From assembly GCA_021799635.1 (NCBI GenBank), contig JAJZAB010000001.1, positions 158,505 to 222,504 on the forward strand: DNA of 64,000 nucleotides. Reading direction: 5' to 3'. This document shows positions 45,533 through 54,551 of this stretch, piece after piece. The translations under genes and the position numbers were made by a program. This DNA comes from Candidatus Micrarchaeota archaeon. GTDB lineage: Archaea; Micrarchaeota; Micrarchaeia; Micrarchaeales; Micrarchaeaceae. The first letter of the stretch is position 1, and every line of letters starts with the position of its first letter. The notes beneath the pieces are model-generated. The model was not told the origin of the DNA. It worked only from the letters and a program-made list of their open reading frames with translations, and made no database searches.

Positions 45533-48500
45533 CTATGCCACCGATTGACCATTCTTGCTTGACACTTTTATACCTACCACTTTCGAATACGTGTCCTGCT
45601 GCGTCACCCCTATTGCCGTGTCCGCAGCCGCTATCAAAGAATCGTTGTGGCTGACTAATATAAACTGGGAGTTCTTGCTCAGCTCTTTTATTAGCTTCGA
45701 CAGCTTCTTTGAATTTTCCTTGTCAAGCGATACGTCTATTTCATCAAATATATAAAATGCCATTGGTTTGCGCATCTGTATTGAGAAGATGAGCAGGAGG
45801 AGTATTAGGGACTTCTGCCCTCCGGATAGCTCCTCCAACGACTTATTTTTCTTGCCTGCCATCTGTATGTTGAACTGCAGCTTGGAATTGAAAGGATCGG
45901 ATTTGTTATCTAGGTGTATGCTGGCAGACCCATCAAATATGTGCGAGTAGAGATCGCTGAAGTTTTTGTTTATTTGATCAAAAGTATCGTTAAAAACATT
46001 CAGTTTTTTGGAGTCTATCTCGCTTATCATGGCTAGTATTGACTCCTTTTCCGTTGAAAGGGTGGCAAGCCTGCGCGTGGCCTCATCAACGTCGTTCTTC
46101 TTTTGGAGATATGCTTCTGGGGCCTTTAGGTTTATGTTACCGAGAAGTTCTATCTCGTGCTTGTATTCGACCAGCATTTTCTCAAGCTCCTCAGTGTTGT
46201 CGTGCTCAATGGCCTCTACGCCGCTGTAGGAAAGCAGTTCGGCTTTTATGTCGCTTAGCCTTGTCTGGTGCTGGAGCCGCTTCGACTCTGATTCCATTAT
46301 GTCCCTTTCAAGCTTATCCCTATCGCTTGATAGCCTGCCCTTCCTGAATCCCATATTTGAAAGTTTCTCGTCAGATTCCTGCAGCTCCTTGAGGAGAGTC
46401 GCAGAGCTTTGGCTGTGGCTTTTTATTTTACTCTGAATCTCTACCTTTTTCTTGTTGTAGTTTGATATTTCTGCCTCACATTCACTCTTTTTTGAGAAAA
46501 GATCCTTGATCGCCAGCTCTTCCTCATCCACCTCCTTAATTATGTATTTTATCCTTTCGCTATTCATTTCGTTTTCTTTTTCAAATGAGGCGATGGCAAC
46601 CTTGTTAGTCTCTATCTTTTCCCTTAGCCCTTTTATATCATGCCCGTCTTTCGACTGTGACTTGCCTCCGTTCCTGCCTGATATCATCTTATTAATCGAT
46701 GAATATAGCCTGTCTGACTCTGCCTTCACACCCTCGATCGCCTTCTCGATGTCTATTTTCTTTTTCGCAAATGCAGCCTTTGCGTTGTCTAGGGAAAGAA
46801 GTCTCTGACCCTCCGCCTCAACCTCTTTGAACAACCTTTCCATTGCGCCTTGGAGTTTTTCCACCTCTTGCTTGGAGCGGCTGGCATTCGCATTGATTCC
46901 TGAAATCTTTATCTCTAATGAGGATATCTCCTTTCTTATCTTTTCTTCCTTGGTTGAAAACTCTGCGATATTTTTTGTTATCTCTGCCCTTTCCATTTCC
47001 AGCCTCTTTAGCTTCGATTCCAGTAGCAATGGCTGCTGGTAGTTTATCTTGCCTCCGGTAACAACGCCGGATTGGTCTACAAGCTCACCGTCCAGAGTTA
47101 CAAACCTGTGCTTCCCTATTCCAACGGCCTTCGCTTCCTTGATTGTTGCTGCTATGAAAGTGTTAGAAAATATGTACTCGAATGCTTTTCGGTACTTCTC
47201 ATCGAACGTGACCACTTCTATGAGCGGCTTCAGTCTGATTTTTTTGTCCATTTGGCTTGATATTATTTCATCTAATGGTATGAACGATGTCCTTCCAAGG
47301 CTGTTTTCTTTCAGCAGCTCTATGGCTCTGTTTGCATCCGATATAGAGTTGGTTATGATGTAGTTAAGCCTTGACGACGCGGCCGCATAGACTGCGTTTG
47401 CATATTTCTCTTCATAACTGCACAGGTCGGCGGCCTTGCCTAAAATCCCCTTCGGAATCTTTGACATCAAGAATCCAGCTATTTTATCCTGATTCCTTCC
47501 CGAGACCGCCAAGGCTTCCCTCAGATTAATTTTATCCGAATCTATATTTGATATCTGCTCCTGCAATTTTTGTATTTCCGATCTGCACGAATCGAAAAGC
47601 TTTAACTGATTTTCTAAACCCTGATTGAGTTCAGATAGTTCCGTTTCTAGCATGCCCAGCTCTTGCACCTTTGCTGAGTGCTCTTTCTTTAATCCCGAAA
47701 TCTCATCATTTTTACCGATTATTGATTTTTCTATGGCCGATGCTTCGGATTTCATTTCTGCGTATTCTGAATTTGCCACAGCCAGTTCATTTTCAAGAAT
47801 GCTTAGCTTTTTTTGATATTCGTAGTAGGAATCAGCTATTTCCCTCCCACCTACAACCATTGTATCAGTATCAATAGAGCTGAGCTCCTGCGTTTTTTTC
47901 TCCAGCTCTTCCTTTATCATTGCTATTTCCTCAATGTTTAAGGAGATTTTCTGCGAAAGCCTGTCCTTCTCCCCTTTCAAGGCCATTATCTTCTCCTTTC
48001 CCTGCGCTATCGCGGAATCTGTGTTTGCTATCTGGATTTCCATTATTTTTATACCGGAATTGATTTCTTCGAATATCTTGTTGGTTGTGCTCAGCTCTAT
48101 GGAGCCCTCGTTCATCTTTTTTGACAGCTTTTCTTTGTATGAAGTTGTGCTGGATATTTCATCTTCGATTGACTTAATTTCATCCTCCAGCTCTTTTTTT
48201 CTGCTGGAGAATTTTTCATAGTCGGCCACCGCCTTTTTGTATTCATCCGCTATTTCTTCCTCCCTATCCTTTAGAATCGTGTAGCTGATGCTTTTTATTT
48301 TCCCTGACAGGTCTATGTACCTTTCCGCGTCGGCCTTTTCCTTCTCAAGTTCTTTTAGAAAACCCTGCCTTTCGCTTAGCATTATGTTAGACTCGCTTAT
48401 TTTTGCTTCGACTTTATCAAGCTCTTTTATTGCAGCGTCCTTTTTGTCATCAAACTCCTTTATACCAGCGGCCACGTCTATAAGCTCCCTCCTTTCTTTG

Positions 48501-48943
48501 GGTGACAGGTTCAGTATCCTTGTTATCTCGCCCTGGGTTATTGTGTTTGTCTCATTTATCTCAGCTTTGTGCATCCTCAAAACATCTATTATGTCCTGCC
48601 GTGCCGCCCTGCGTCCGTTTATCCTGTACGCTATTTTGTTGTTTGACTTGATTATCCTGGCTATGTCTATATCTTCATCGCCGGATAGGAAGACGTGCAC
48701 GTATGCCCTCTTTACCCCATCCTCTTTCTTTGGCTTCGCCACTGCATTTATGAGGCTTGCTGAAGAGGCAACCCTCAGCCTTTTTAGGGACGTCTCCCCA
48801 AGAGAAAACAGGATTGCATCGCATATGTTTGACTTACCGGAGCCATTTGGGCCTACTATGCAACTGAACCCTTGACCGAAGCTTATGTTTTCGTGGCGGA
48901 AAGACTTAAAATTGTGTATTGTAATCCTATTCAAATATAGCAT
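45533..48943 (-). CDS. smc: SMC chromosome segregation ATPase
   Basis: Walker A GPNGSGKSN, long coiled coils, a hinge (GILGKAADL...), signature LSGGQKSL, Walker B FYIFDEID. ATG 48943 preceded by AGGTG; the listed TTG 48964 is less likely. Confidence 0.9.
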   Translation of the reverse strand: MLYLNRITIHNFKSFRHENISFGQGFSCIVGPNGSGKSNICDAILFSLGETSLKRLRVASSASLINAVAKPKKEDGVKRAYVHVFLSGDEDIDIARIIKSNNKIAYRINGRRAARQDIIDVLRMHKAEINETNTITQGEITRILNLSPKERRELIDVAAGIKEFDDKKDAAIKELDKVEAKISESNIMLSERQGFLKELEKEKADAERYIDLSGKIKSISYTILKDREEEIADEYKKAVADYEKFSSRKKELEDEIKSIEDEISSTTSYKEKLSKKMNEGSIELSTTNKIFEEINSGIKIMEIQIANTDSAIAQGKEKIMALKGEKDRLSQKISLNIEEIAMIKEELEKKTQELSSIDTDTMVVGGREIADSYYEYQKKLSILENELAVANSEYAEMKSEASAIEKSIIGKNDEISGLKKEHSAKVQELGMLETELSELNQGLENQLKLFDSCRSEIQKLQEQISNIDSDKINLREALAVSGRNQDKIAGFLMSKIPKGILGKAADLCSYEEKYANAVYAAASSRLNYIITNSISDANRAIELLKENSLGRTSFIPLDEIISSQMDKKIRLKPLIEVVTFDEKYRKAFEYIFSNTFIAATIKEAKAVGIGKHRFVTLDGELVDQSGVVTGGKINYQQPLLLESKLKRLEMERAEITKNIAEFSTKEEKIRKEISSLEIKISGINANASRSKQEVEKLQGAMERLFKEVEAEGQRLLSLDNAKAAFAKKKIDIEKAIEGVKAESDRLYSSINKMISGRNGGKSQSKDGHDIKGLREKIETNKVAIASFEKENEMNSERIKYIIKEVDEEELAIKDLFSKKSECEAEISNYNKKKVEIQSKIKSHSQSSATLLKELQESDEKLSNMGFRKGRLSSDRDKLERDIMESESKRLQHQTRLSDIKAELLSYSGVEAIEHDNTEELEKMLVEYKHEIELLGNINLKAPEAYLQKKNDVDEATRRLATLSTEKESILAMISEIDSKKLNVFNDTFDQINKNFSDLYSHIFDGSASIHLDNKSDPFNSKLQFNIQMAGKKNKSLEELSGGQKSLILLLLIFSIQMRKPMAFYIFDEIDVSLDKENSKKLSKLIKELSKNSQFILVSHNDSLIAAADTAIGVTQQDTYSKVVGIKVSSKNGQSVA

Positions 48944-49062
48944 TCCTGCACCTTTGGTCGCCAATGCACGTTTAATTAGATGCCAATTGCACTATTTATT
49001 ACTTTTGTTGATGATTGTTAATGGTTTGATAGCAGACGTCGCGTAACTAATTTCCAGGACCC

Positions 49063-50160
49063 TTATTTCTTTTCTCTCAGGTGTGATAAATAAACTGAGA
49101 TGACTGATTCGATGTGTGGTCCGTAGAGTATGCCTGCGATGCTGCCACCTTTTGTAACTGCGACTATGTTTATGTTTTCAGATCTCATTATGTCTATAGC
49201 TTTGGACAGGTTTTCATTGTACCCTACCGTAGGCACCACCGTAGTAAAGTAGTCATATGCGAGGGAACTGCTTACTTTTGGGTTTTTGCTCACGTTGGAT
49301 ATGGGCTGGTTTGAAAGAGCTCGCAGCTCCTTCCCATTTTTCATAAGTACTATGTGCGTGCCTTTCTTTATCATCATCTGGTACATATTCTTTACTGTGG
49401 TGCCCTTCTTTATCATTATGTAGTTCTTAGTTATTAGTTTCTTTATGTCGATTGAAGAGGAATACTCTTTTATGTATGCTACCTGCATCTCGGCCTTCGC
49501 ACCATCATAAAGGAAGAGAGCTATTATTATATCCCACAACACTATGAATTCTCGGTATACAAACGTTGCGTTGGGAATAACGGCCGCGTAGGCGACCGTG
49601 CCTACTATTATTGCAACTACTACTACATTGCTAGCGCGCACCGCAAGCTTGGTTGAATCAAGGAAGCTGTGCTTTTTTTGGAGGTAGCTCCTAAGAACCC
49701 TGCCTCCGTCCAGCGGAAAGCCTGGCAGTAGGTTGAATACGCCAAGGAGTATGTTTATCTCAAAAAGGAACTGGATGCCCTCCTTGAGCAGGCCGGATGG
49801 CGCATATACCACAAGCGCCCCGAAACCAAGCCCCATGACTATGCTTGCTACCGGCCCTGCTATTGAAATCTTGAATTCAACGCTTGGTTTGACATTGTCG
49901 AGGTCTATTATTGATGCCCCGCCTATTGGAAGAAGCACTATCCGTTTTACTTTTATGCCGTTGCGTTTCGAAGTAATTGAATGTGCCAGCTCGTGCAAAA
50001 GGACGCATGCAAAAAGCAGGACGATGAGCACAAAAATGAAGATTCCGGATGTCGATGTAAATAGAAGGAAGAATGCCAATACCAGCAGAACTACGAAGGT
50101 CCAGTGCAACTGTATCGGTATTCCGGCAACTTTGCCTATTTCTGGGGATAGAGAAGCCAT
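49063..50160 (-). CDS. M50 site-2 protease family metalloprotease with C-terminal CBS pair
   Basis: HELAHS, LLPGFPLDGGRV, TM segments, then CBS-like repeats (ITKNYIMIKKGTTV..., NIVAVTKGGSIAGIL). Confidence 0.75.
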   Translation of the reverse strand: MASLSPEIGKVAGIPIQLHWTFVVLLVLAFFLLFTSTSGIFIFVLIVLLFACVLLHELAHSITSKRNGIKVKRIVLLPIGGASIIDLDNVKPSVEFKISIAGPVASIVMGLGFGALVVYAPSGLLKEGIQFLFEINILLGVFNLLPGFPLDGGRVLRSYLQKKHSFLDSTKLAVRASNVVVVAIIVGTVAYAAVIPNATFVYREFIVLWDIIIALFLYDGAKAEMQVAYIKEYSSSIDIKKLITKNYIMIKKGTTVKNMYQMMIKKGTHIVLMKNGKELRALSNQPISNVSKNPKVSSSLAYDYFTTVVPTVGYNENLSKAIDIMRSENINIVAVTKGGSIAGILYGPHIESVISVYLSHLREKK

Positions 50161-50259
50161 GCAACTTCACTTAGAATCAACTATTAGACAATATTAATTA
50201 TTATATTTGTGTCTTACGTATATCTGCCTGCAATCTATTTTATTAATAATGGTCTTAAA

Positions 50260-51027
50260 ATGGGAAGGTATAGCCTGCGATTTGTTTATGAAAAGGCCGC
50301 TTTGGTGCTCCACGGCCAGAGGAAGAATTACGTTTTGGTGGGTGACATACACATAGGATTTGAGCGCAAGCTCTACGAAAAGGGTTTGCACCTTCACGGA
50401 GTCACTGAGCACATGGCCAAGCAGCTGAAAGAAATTGCGCGCGCCAACTCGGCCGAAAGCATAATAATGCTTGGCGACATCAAGGATAGCCTGTTCTACC
50501 CTGATTCTACAGACTCTCTGCTTATAAGGGAGTTTTTTAAGGAACTTCAGGGCTTTGACATAGAAATAGCGGTAGGGAACCACGATGCACATCTGGAGGA
50601 AATTGTAAGTGTACCTATAAAAAATGAGATAATTATTGGGGATTTTGCAATGATGCATGGGCACATGATGCCATCAGAAGAAGCCATGCGCAAAAAGTAC
50701 CTAATAATGGCACATAATCACATCGCAATATCATTCGTTGATAAAAACGGTGCTTTCTATAACCAGAAAGCGTGGCTGGTGGCAAAGCTTACAAAAAATG
50801 CCGGACTAAGCCGCTATCCTGGTGCAAATGTAGGTATAAAGCTTGTAGTATCGCCGGCATTTAATGACCTTATAACTGGCTATCCTGTAAATGATTTAAA
50901 CGACAGGCACATCAACCCCGTTTTCAGAAACCATGTGTTTGACTATGCAAACGCAGATGTATACACGATTTACGGCGAGCTTATAGGAAGCCCAAGGTCC
51001 CTTAGAAAGAAAGCACCTAAGAGGTAA
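50260..51027 (+). CDS. calcineurin-like metallophosphoesterase (MJ0037-type), paralogue of 23807..24550
   Basis: VGDIHIG, LGDIKD, VGNHD, MHGH, AHNH motifs. ATG 50260 preferred over listed 50209. Confidence 0.65.
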   Translation: MGRYSLRFVYEKAALVLHGQRKNYVLVGDIHIGFERKLYEKGLHLHGVTEHMAKQLKEIARANSAESIIMLGDIKDSLFYPDSTDSLLIREFFKELQGFDIEIAVGNHDAHLEEIVSVPIKNEIIIGDFAMMHGHMMPSEEAMRKKYLIMAHNHIAISFVDKNGAFYNQKAWLVAKLTKNAGLSRYPGANVGIKLVVSPAFNDLITGYPVNDLNDRHINPVFRNHVFDYANADVYTIYGELIGSPRSLRKKAPKR

Positions 51028-51035
51028 TTTACTTC

Positions 51036-51245
51036 CTAATCAACCTTTAGTATAGTTATTGGTATAACGCCTTTTTCAAATTCAAGTTCCGCAAGGTCTA
51101 TCGGATTTATGGTTCCGGGCGGGACTTTTATAAGCGGCGGGGCTCCGTAGGCCAGCTGCAGCGCCCTGGCGCCTATTATCCTTGCTTTTTCGTACTTGTT
51201 AAATTCATCTTTTGGCATAAAAAGCACACTCATATTCGAAATCAT
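51036..51245 (-). CDS. rpoK: DNA-directed RNA polymerase subunit K (Rpo6)
   Basis: KYEKARIIGARALQLAYGAPPLI is the Rpo6/omega signature. The ATG overlaps the stop of the upstream gene (ATGA). Confidence 0.8.
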   Translation of the reverse strand: MISNMSVLFMPKDEFNKYEKARIIGARALQLAYGAPPLIKVPPGTINPIDLAELEFEKGVIPITILKVD

Positions 51246-52681
51246 ATCGGATTTGGTTTAAATCTGGTTTTTGCTTCTTCCATATCTTTATTCACCAGCT
51301 CTCTCCATTTCTGAAACTCTTCTGGCGACCTTGGATAATTTTCATATATCCTGTTAAGTTTTTCCATCTTTTTAACTACGTATAGCAGGTTGTTGAACGC
51401 CCTGATGTTGGCAGCACCCTGAAGGGCGATCTTTGCCTTTTTGGCAAGGCTTAGTTCTGGTATCCTACCATAGCTCAGGTCTTCTGCTTCCTTCGCGGTG
51501 ATGAACATTCTCATCCCATAGTTTATTATGTCGTTGTTGAGCGACTGTAGGTACGTCCTAAATACTTCAAGACCTGCGGTTTTTTTGCCATACGCCTCAT
51601 TGAAATCTACGTTGTACTGCCACATGCTGCTTATGCTCATGTCACCATTCTGTATGGCTCTTACTGCGCTTTCCCCTGCAAGTATGCCTGAAACAAGAGC
51701 CGGTCCTATTCCTCCGGCGCTTATCGGATTTGGCATTGCCATGCTGTCACCAGCGCCTAGATACCCGTTGAAAACAAGGGAATCCAGCTGCCTCCTTACT
51801 GCAACCGACCAGTAGCCTTTGCCGTTGTTATTGGCATTGTGTATTGTAGGGTTTTTTATTACAGGATTTATCTTTACATATTCATCTATCAGCGAATGCA
51901 AGGTATCCTTCCTGCCAAGCTTCTTGTTCCTTATTTCAAGGCTTTCTTTCTGGATCCCAAGCCCTATGTTTACCCTGTTTCCCTTCTTCGGGAAAACCCA
52001 CCCGTATCCTCCTGGCGCCCATATCTGGTTCAGATGTATGAGTGCATTCTTTGGATCGTAATAGTTAAGGTCCTCATGATCCACCTCAAAATCGTAAATG
52101 AACCTTCCGGTGGATTCCATGTCAGCGATGTCTATTACCCTGTCAACAAACAGGTTTTCTGGTAATTTTCTCCTTAGGTTTGTGGCAACGCCCAGGGCAT
52201 CAATCACAACCTTGGCCCTCAGCTCTTTGTGGTGCATCTCTTTGTCCTTGCCGAATACCCCAGAAATATAGTTGTTTTCTATTATTGGTCCCTCTACCTC
52301 AAATTCCGATATATATTCAACTCCGTGCCTTCTTGCCTCGTGATTAAGTTTTTGCTCGAATGCTGGTCTGTTGAGTACGTATCCTTCACCCTCAAATGGT
52401 ATCCTGTACTGCATGTCTGGTGATATGACCAGCACTCCGTCAACTTTTACATCCAATTCCGGATAGTCGAATGTAAGCCCAATCTTTTCCTTTATGAATT
52501 TTAGGTGCGAATCTGCAACTGCGTCTCCGCATACCCAACCCCAATTGGTTTTTTTGCCCACCTCATGCTCCTTATTCCTGTCAAGCAGGGCAACTTTTAA
52601 TCCGCTCTTTGCTGCTACAGCAGCAGCTAGGGAGCCAGCCATTCCTGCACCTGCTACTATAACATCATATTTATCCTCCAT
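51242..52681 (-). CDS. geranylgeranyl reductase family flavoprotein (digeranylgeranylglycerophospholipid reductase-like) with C-terminal extension
   Basis: FAD fold YDVIVAGAGMAGSLAAAVAAKSGLKVALLDR, GDAVAD, GAGDSMAMPNPISAGGI. ATG 52681 (MEDKYDV...) preferred over listed 52795. Confidence 0.8.
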   Translation of the reverse strand: MEDKYDVIVAGAGMAGSLAAAVAAKSGLKVALLDRNKEHEVGKKTNWGWVCGDAVADSHLKFIKEKIGLTFDYPELDVKVDGVLVISPDMQYRIPFEGEGYVLNRPAFEQKLNHEARRHGVEYISEFEVEGPIIENNYISGVFGKDKEMHHKELRAKVVIDALGVATNLRRKLPENLFVDRVIDIADMESTGRFIYDFEVDHEDLNYYDPKNALIHLNQIWAPGGYGWVFPKKGNRVNIGLGIQKESLEIRNKKLGRKDTLHSLIDEYVKINPVIKNPTIHNANNNGKGYWSVAVRRQLDSLVFNGYLGAGDSMAMPNPISAGGIGPALVSGILAGESAVRAIQNGDMSISSMWQYNVDFNEAYGKKTAGLEVFRTYLQSLNNDIINYGMRMFITAKEAEDLSYGRIPELSLAKKAKIALQGAANIRAFNNLLYVVKKMEKLNRIYENYPRSPEEFQKWRELVNKDMEEAKTRFKPNPI

Positions 52682-52815
52682 GAATGCACCTCGATTGATT
52701 GCCTTGTCTTGACATTTCAGGGTCTTAGAATCAAGCCTTTGTGATACTTTTAGTGTAACATATCTATTTAACTTTTTGCCTGACACCCATGACAACAGTA
52801 TTGACGCGGATATAA

Positions 52816-52925
52816 TGCAGGGGGAGAGATTTGAACTCTCGAAGGCGCTAAGGCCACAGGATCTTAAGTCCTGCGCAGTTTTCCGTGGCTTAGGCTTAAG
52901 CCAGACCAGGCTTTGCTACCCCTGC
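52816..52925 (-). tRNA. tRNA-Leu (anticodon TAA) with an insertion/intron of about 21-23 nt in the D-loop
   Basis: Minus strand reads GCAGGGG-TA-GCA-[AAGCCTGGTC TGGCTTAAGCCTAAGCCACGG AAAAC]-TGC-G-CAGGA-CTTAAGA-TCCTG-long variable arm-GAGAG-TTCAAAT-CTCTC-CCCCTGC-A. The 36-nt D-loop region contains a 7-bp hairpin TGGCTTA/TAAGCCA. Confidence 0.8.
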
Positions 52926-52964
52926 ATCATATATACTTTAAAAATAAGGTTTATAATTAGGAGC

Positions 52965-53711
52965 CTATGCATACATCGAAGGCTCGCCGCTGTTGACGGC
53001 TTTCTTGTACGTCTCGTGCGTCTCCCTGCTCTTCTTCATAAGATCCCTCACTTTTGCCTCAACCTCCTTTGCCTCTTTCTCGAGTTCGTTCACATCTATG
53101 TTAAGTTTTAGCAGCTTGTTTATACTTTTTATTGCAAGCTCTGCATATTTTGGATCTATTATGTTAGTATCAACCGGCACCAGTATATTTATGTTTGATA
53201 TTTTTGACAGGGAGGATTTTTGGAGCAGGATTGCGCTGACTCCGGTTGACACACCTTCAACAACTGGGTTTAACCCAACCTTTTCAGCTTCGTTTAGGGA
53301 ATCCTCTGTAGAGGCTATAACGTAAACATTGCCCTCGCCCTGCACGCTGTTTGGTATACCTCCTATGGATATTATTCTGCTGATGTTGTTTGATTTAACA
53401 AAATCGTATAACTTACCACTGAGTTCATGCACCATGTTTATAGGTATGGTAAACTCTGCAAATATGGCAACTACCTTGCTCTTATCGCTGAAGTACACCC
53501 TTACTGGCGGCATTGGCTTGGAATTGTGAATAGATATTATTGGGGGAAAATCATCGCTTTCTATATATCCTATATAAGTCATTCCAAGCTTATCTATTAT
53601 GTAGCTTACAGCCATGGGTCCCACCAGCCCGACGCCTGGAAAGCCTTCTATTAATGTTGAATCTTTAAGGTTGGTCTCCTGCATCAGATTTATGCTTATC
53701 ATATTTTTCAC
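52965..53711 (-). CDS. PAC2-family proteasome assembly chaperone (PbaA/B-like)
   Basis: LIEGFPGVGLVGPMAVSYIIDKLGM N-terminal signature. C-terminus ends -MYA, a hydrophobic-Tyr-X (HbYX) proteasome-docking motif. Confidence 0.7.
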   Translation of the reverse strand: MKNMISINLMQETNLKDSTLIEGFPGVGLVGPMAVSYIIDKLGMTYIGYIESDDFPPIISIHNSKPMPPVRVYFSDKSKVVAIFAEFTIPINMVHELSGKLYDFVKSNNISRIISIGGIPNSVQGEGNVYVIASTEDSLNEAEKVGLNPVVEGVSTGVSAILLQKSSLSKISNINILVPVDTNIIDPKYAELAIKSINKLLKLNIDVNELEKEAKEVEAKVRDLMKKSRETHETYKKAVNSGEPSMYA

Positions 53712-53845
53712 TATATTTATTTACACTATTTGAAGTAAAGTATATAAACCAGTAACCGCTGCTCATGTATAGAATGTAAAATTTACGATACAAATTCCGA
53801 CGATAGTTATTTAAGCTTATCTTATTATATTATATCGGTGAAATT

Positions 53846-54070
53846 ATGGCAGAAAGAGTAGGAAGTGAGCGGGTAGAAAGGGATGATGGTTATCTTTACT
53901 ACCTAGGCAAGGATGGATATGTGTGGAAGACCCCTATGAAGACAAACTCTAGAGGGAGAAAAGGGAAAGTGAGCAGTGAAAAAATAGAAAGAAAGGAAGG
54001 CTACCTATATTTCATTGACAAATCAGGCTACGTTGCCAGAGCAAAAATGAATAGGAAGGGAAGGAGATAA
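53846..54070 (+). CDS. small basic protein with two tandem about 30-aa repeats
   Basis: ERVERDDGYLYYLGKDGYVWKTPMK and EKIERKEGYLYFIDKSGYVARAKMN. 74 aa, K/R-rich. Confidence 0.5.
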   Translation: MAERVGSERVERDDGYLYYLGKDGYVWKTPMKTNSRGRKGKVSSEKIERKEGYLYFIDKSGYVARAKMNRKGRR

Positions 54071-54121
54071 TAAGTCAGCCTTTTATTTTTCTTGTTTTGT
54101 TTTTTGATTACCCATGCATTG

Positions 54122-54532
54122 TTAGCTTTGGGCGTTGAAGCTTGCCATGCTGCCAACTTTTAGCCCATTGCTCTTCACATATCCGGAGTTGAGCTCTATT
54201 ATATACCTGGCTCGCTTTTTCGGATAGCTAACTTCACAGTTCAGGATGCCTTTGCATGGCTTGAGGTTTTCCTTTAAGCATATAATCCTTTTTTTGCTAT
54301 CGAGCCAAAGTACATCTATGGAGAATTTCATATTGAGCATCCAGATTCCGTGTCTACCATCTCTGTTAAAGACAAAAAGCATACACATATTCTTGCTGAG
54401 TCTTTCCGTGTACATCAGCCCTATCGTTCTCTTTGTAGAGGTTTCTGCAACTATTGCTTTTATTTTTTTCCCGTTTATCTTGATCTCTTTTACCTTGTAT
54501 TTTTGAAACCTTTTAATAAATTTTAATAGCAC
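54122..54532 (-). CDS. DUF192-family protein
   Basis: GLMYTERLSKNMCMLFVF...HGIWMLNMKFSIDVLWLD matches the DUF192 (COG1430) core pattern (from memory). Confidence 0.6.
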   Translation of the reverse strand: MLLKFIKRFQKYKVKEIKINGKKIKAIVAETSTKRTIGLMYTERLSKNMCMLFVFNRDGRHGIWMLNMKFSIDVLWLDSKKRIICLKENLKPCKGILNCEVSYPKKRARYIIELNSGYVKSNGLKVGSMASFNAQS

Positions 54533-54551
54533 CGACGCACCATTTACAGAT

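Noticed and set aside
52682-52795. N-terminal extensions produced by the longest-ORF rule: GGR 52795, lhr 21067, ALDH 56246, L1 18661, polB 9980, map 12426, smc 48964, esterase 50209
   Set aside because: Each has an internal ATG that restores the family-typical N-terminus, usually with a GGTG/GGAGG Shine-Dalgarno 5-9 nt upstream. The extensions overlap upstream genes or promoters.
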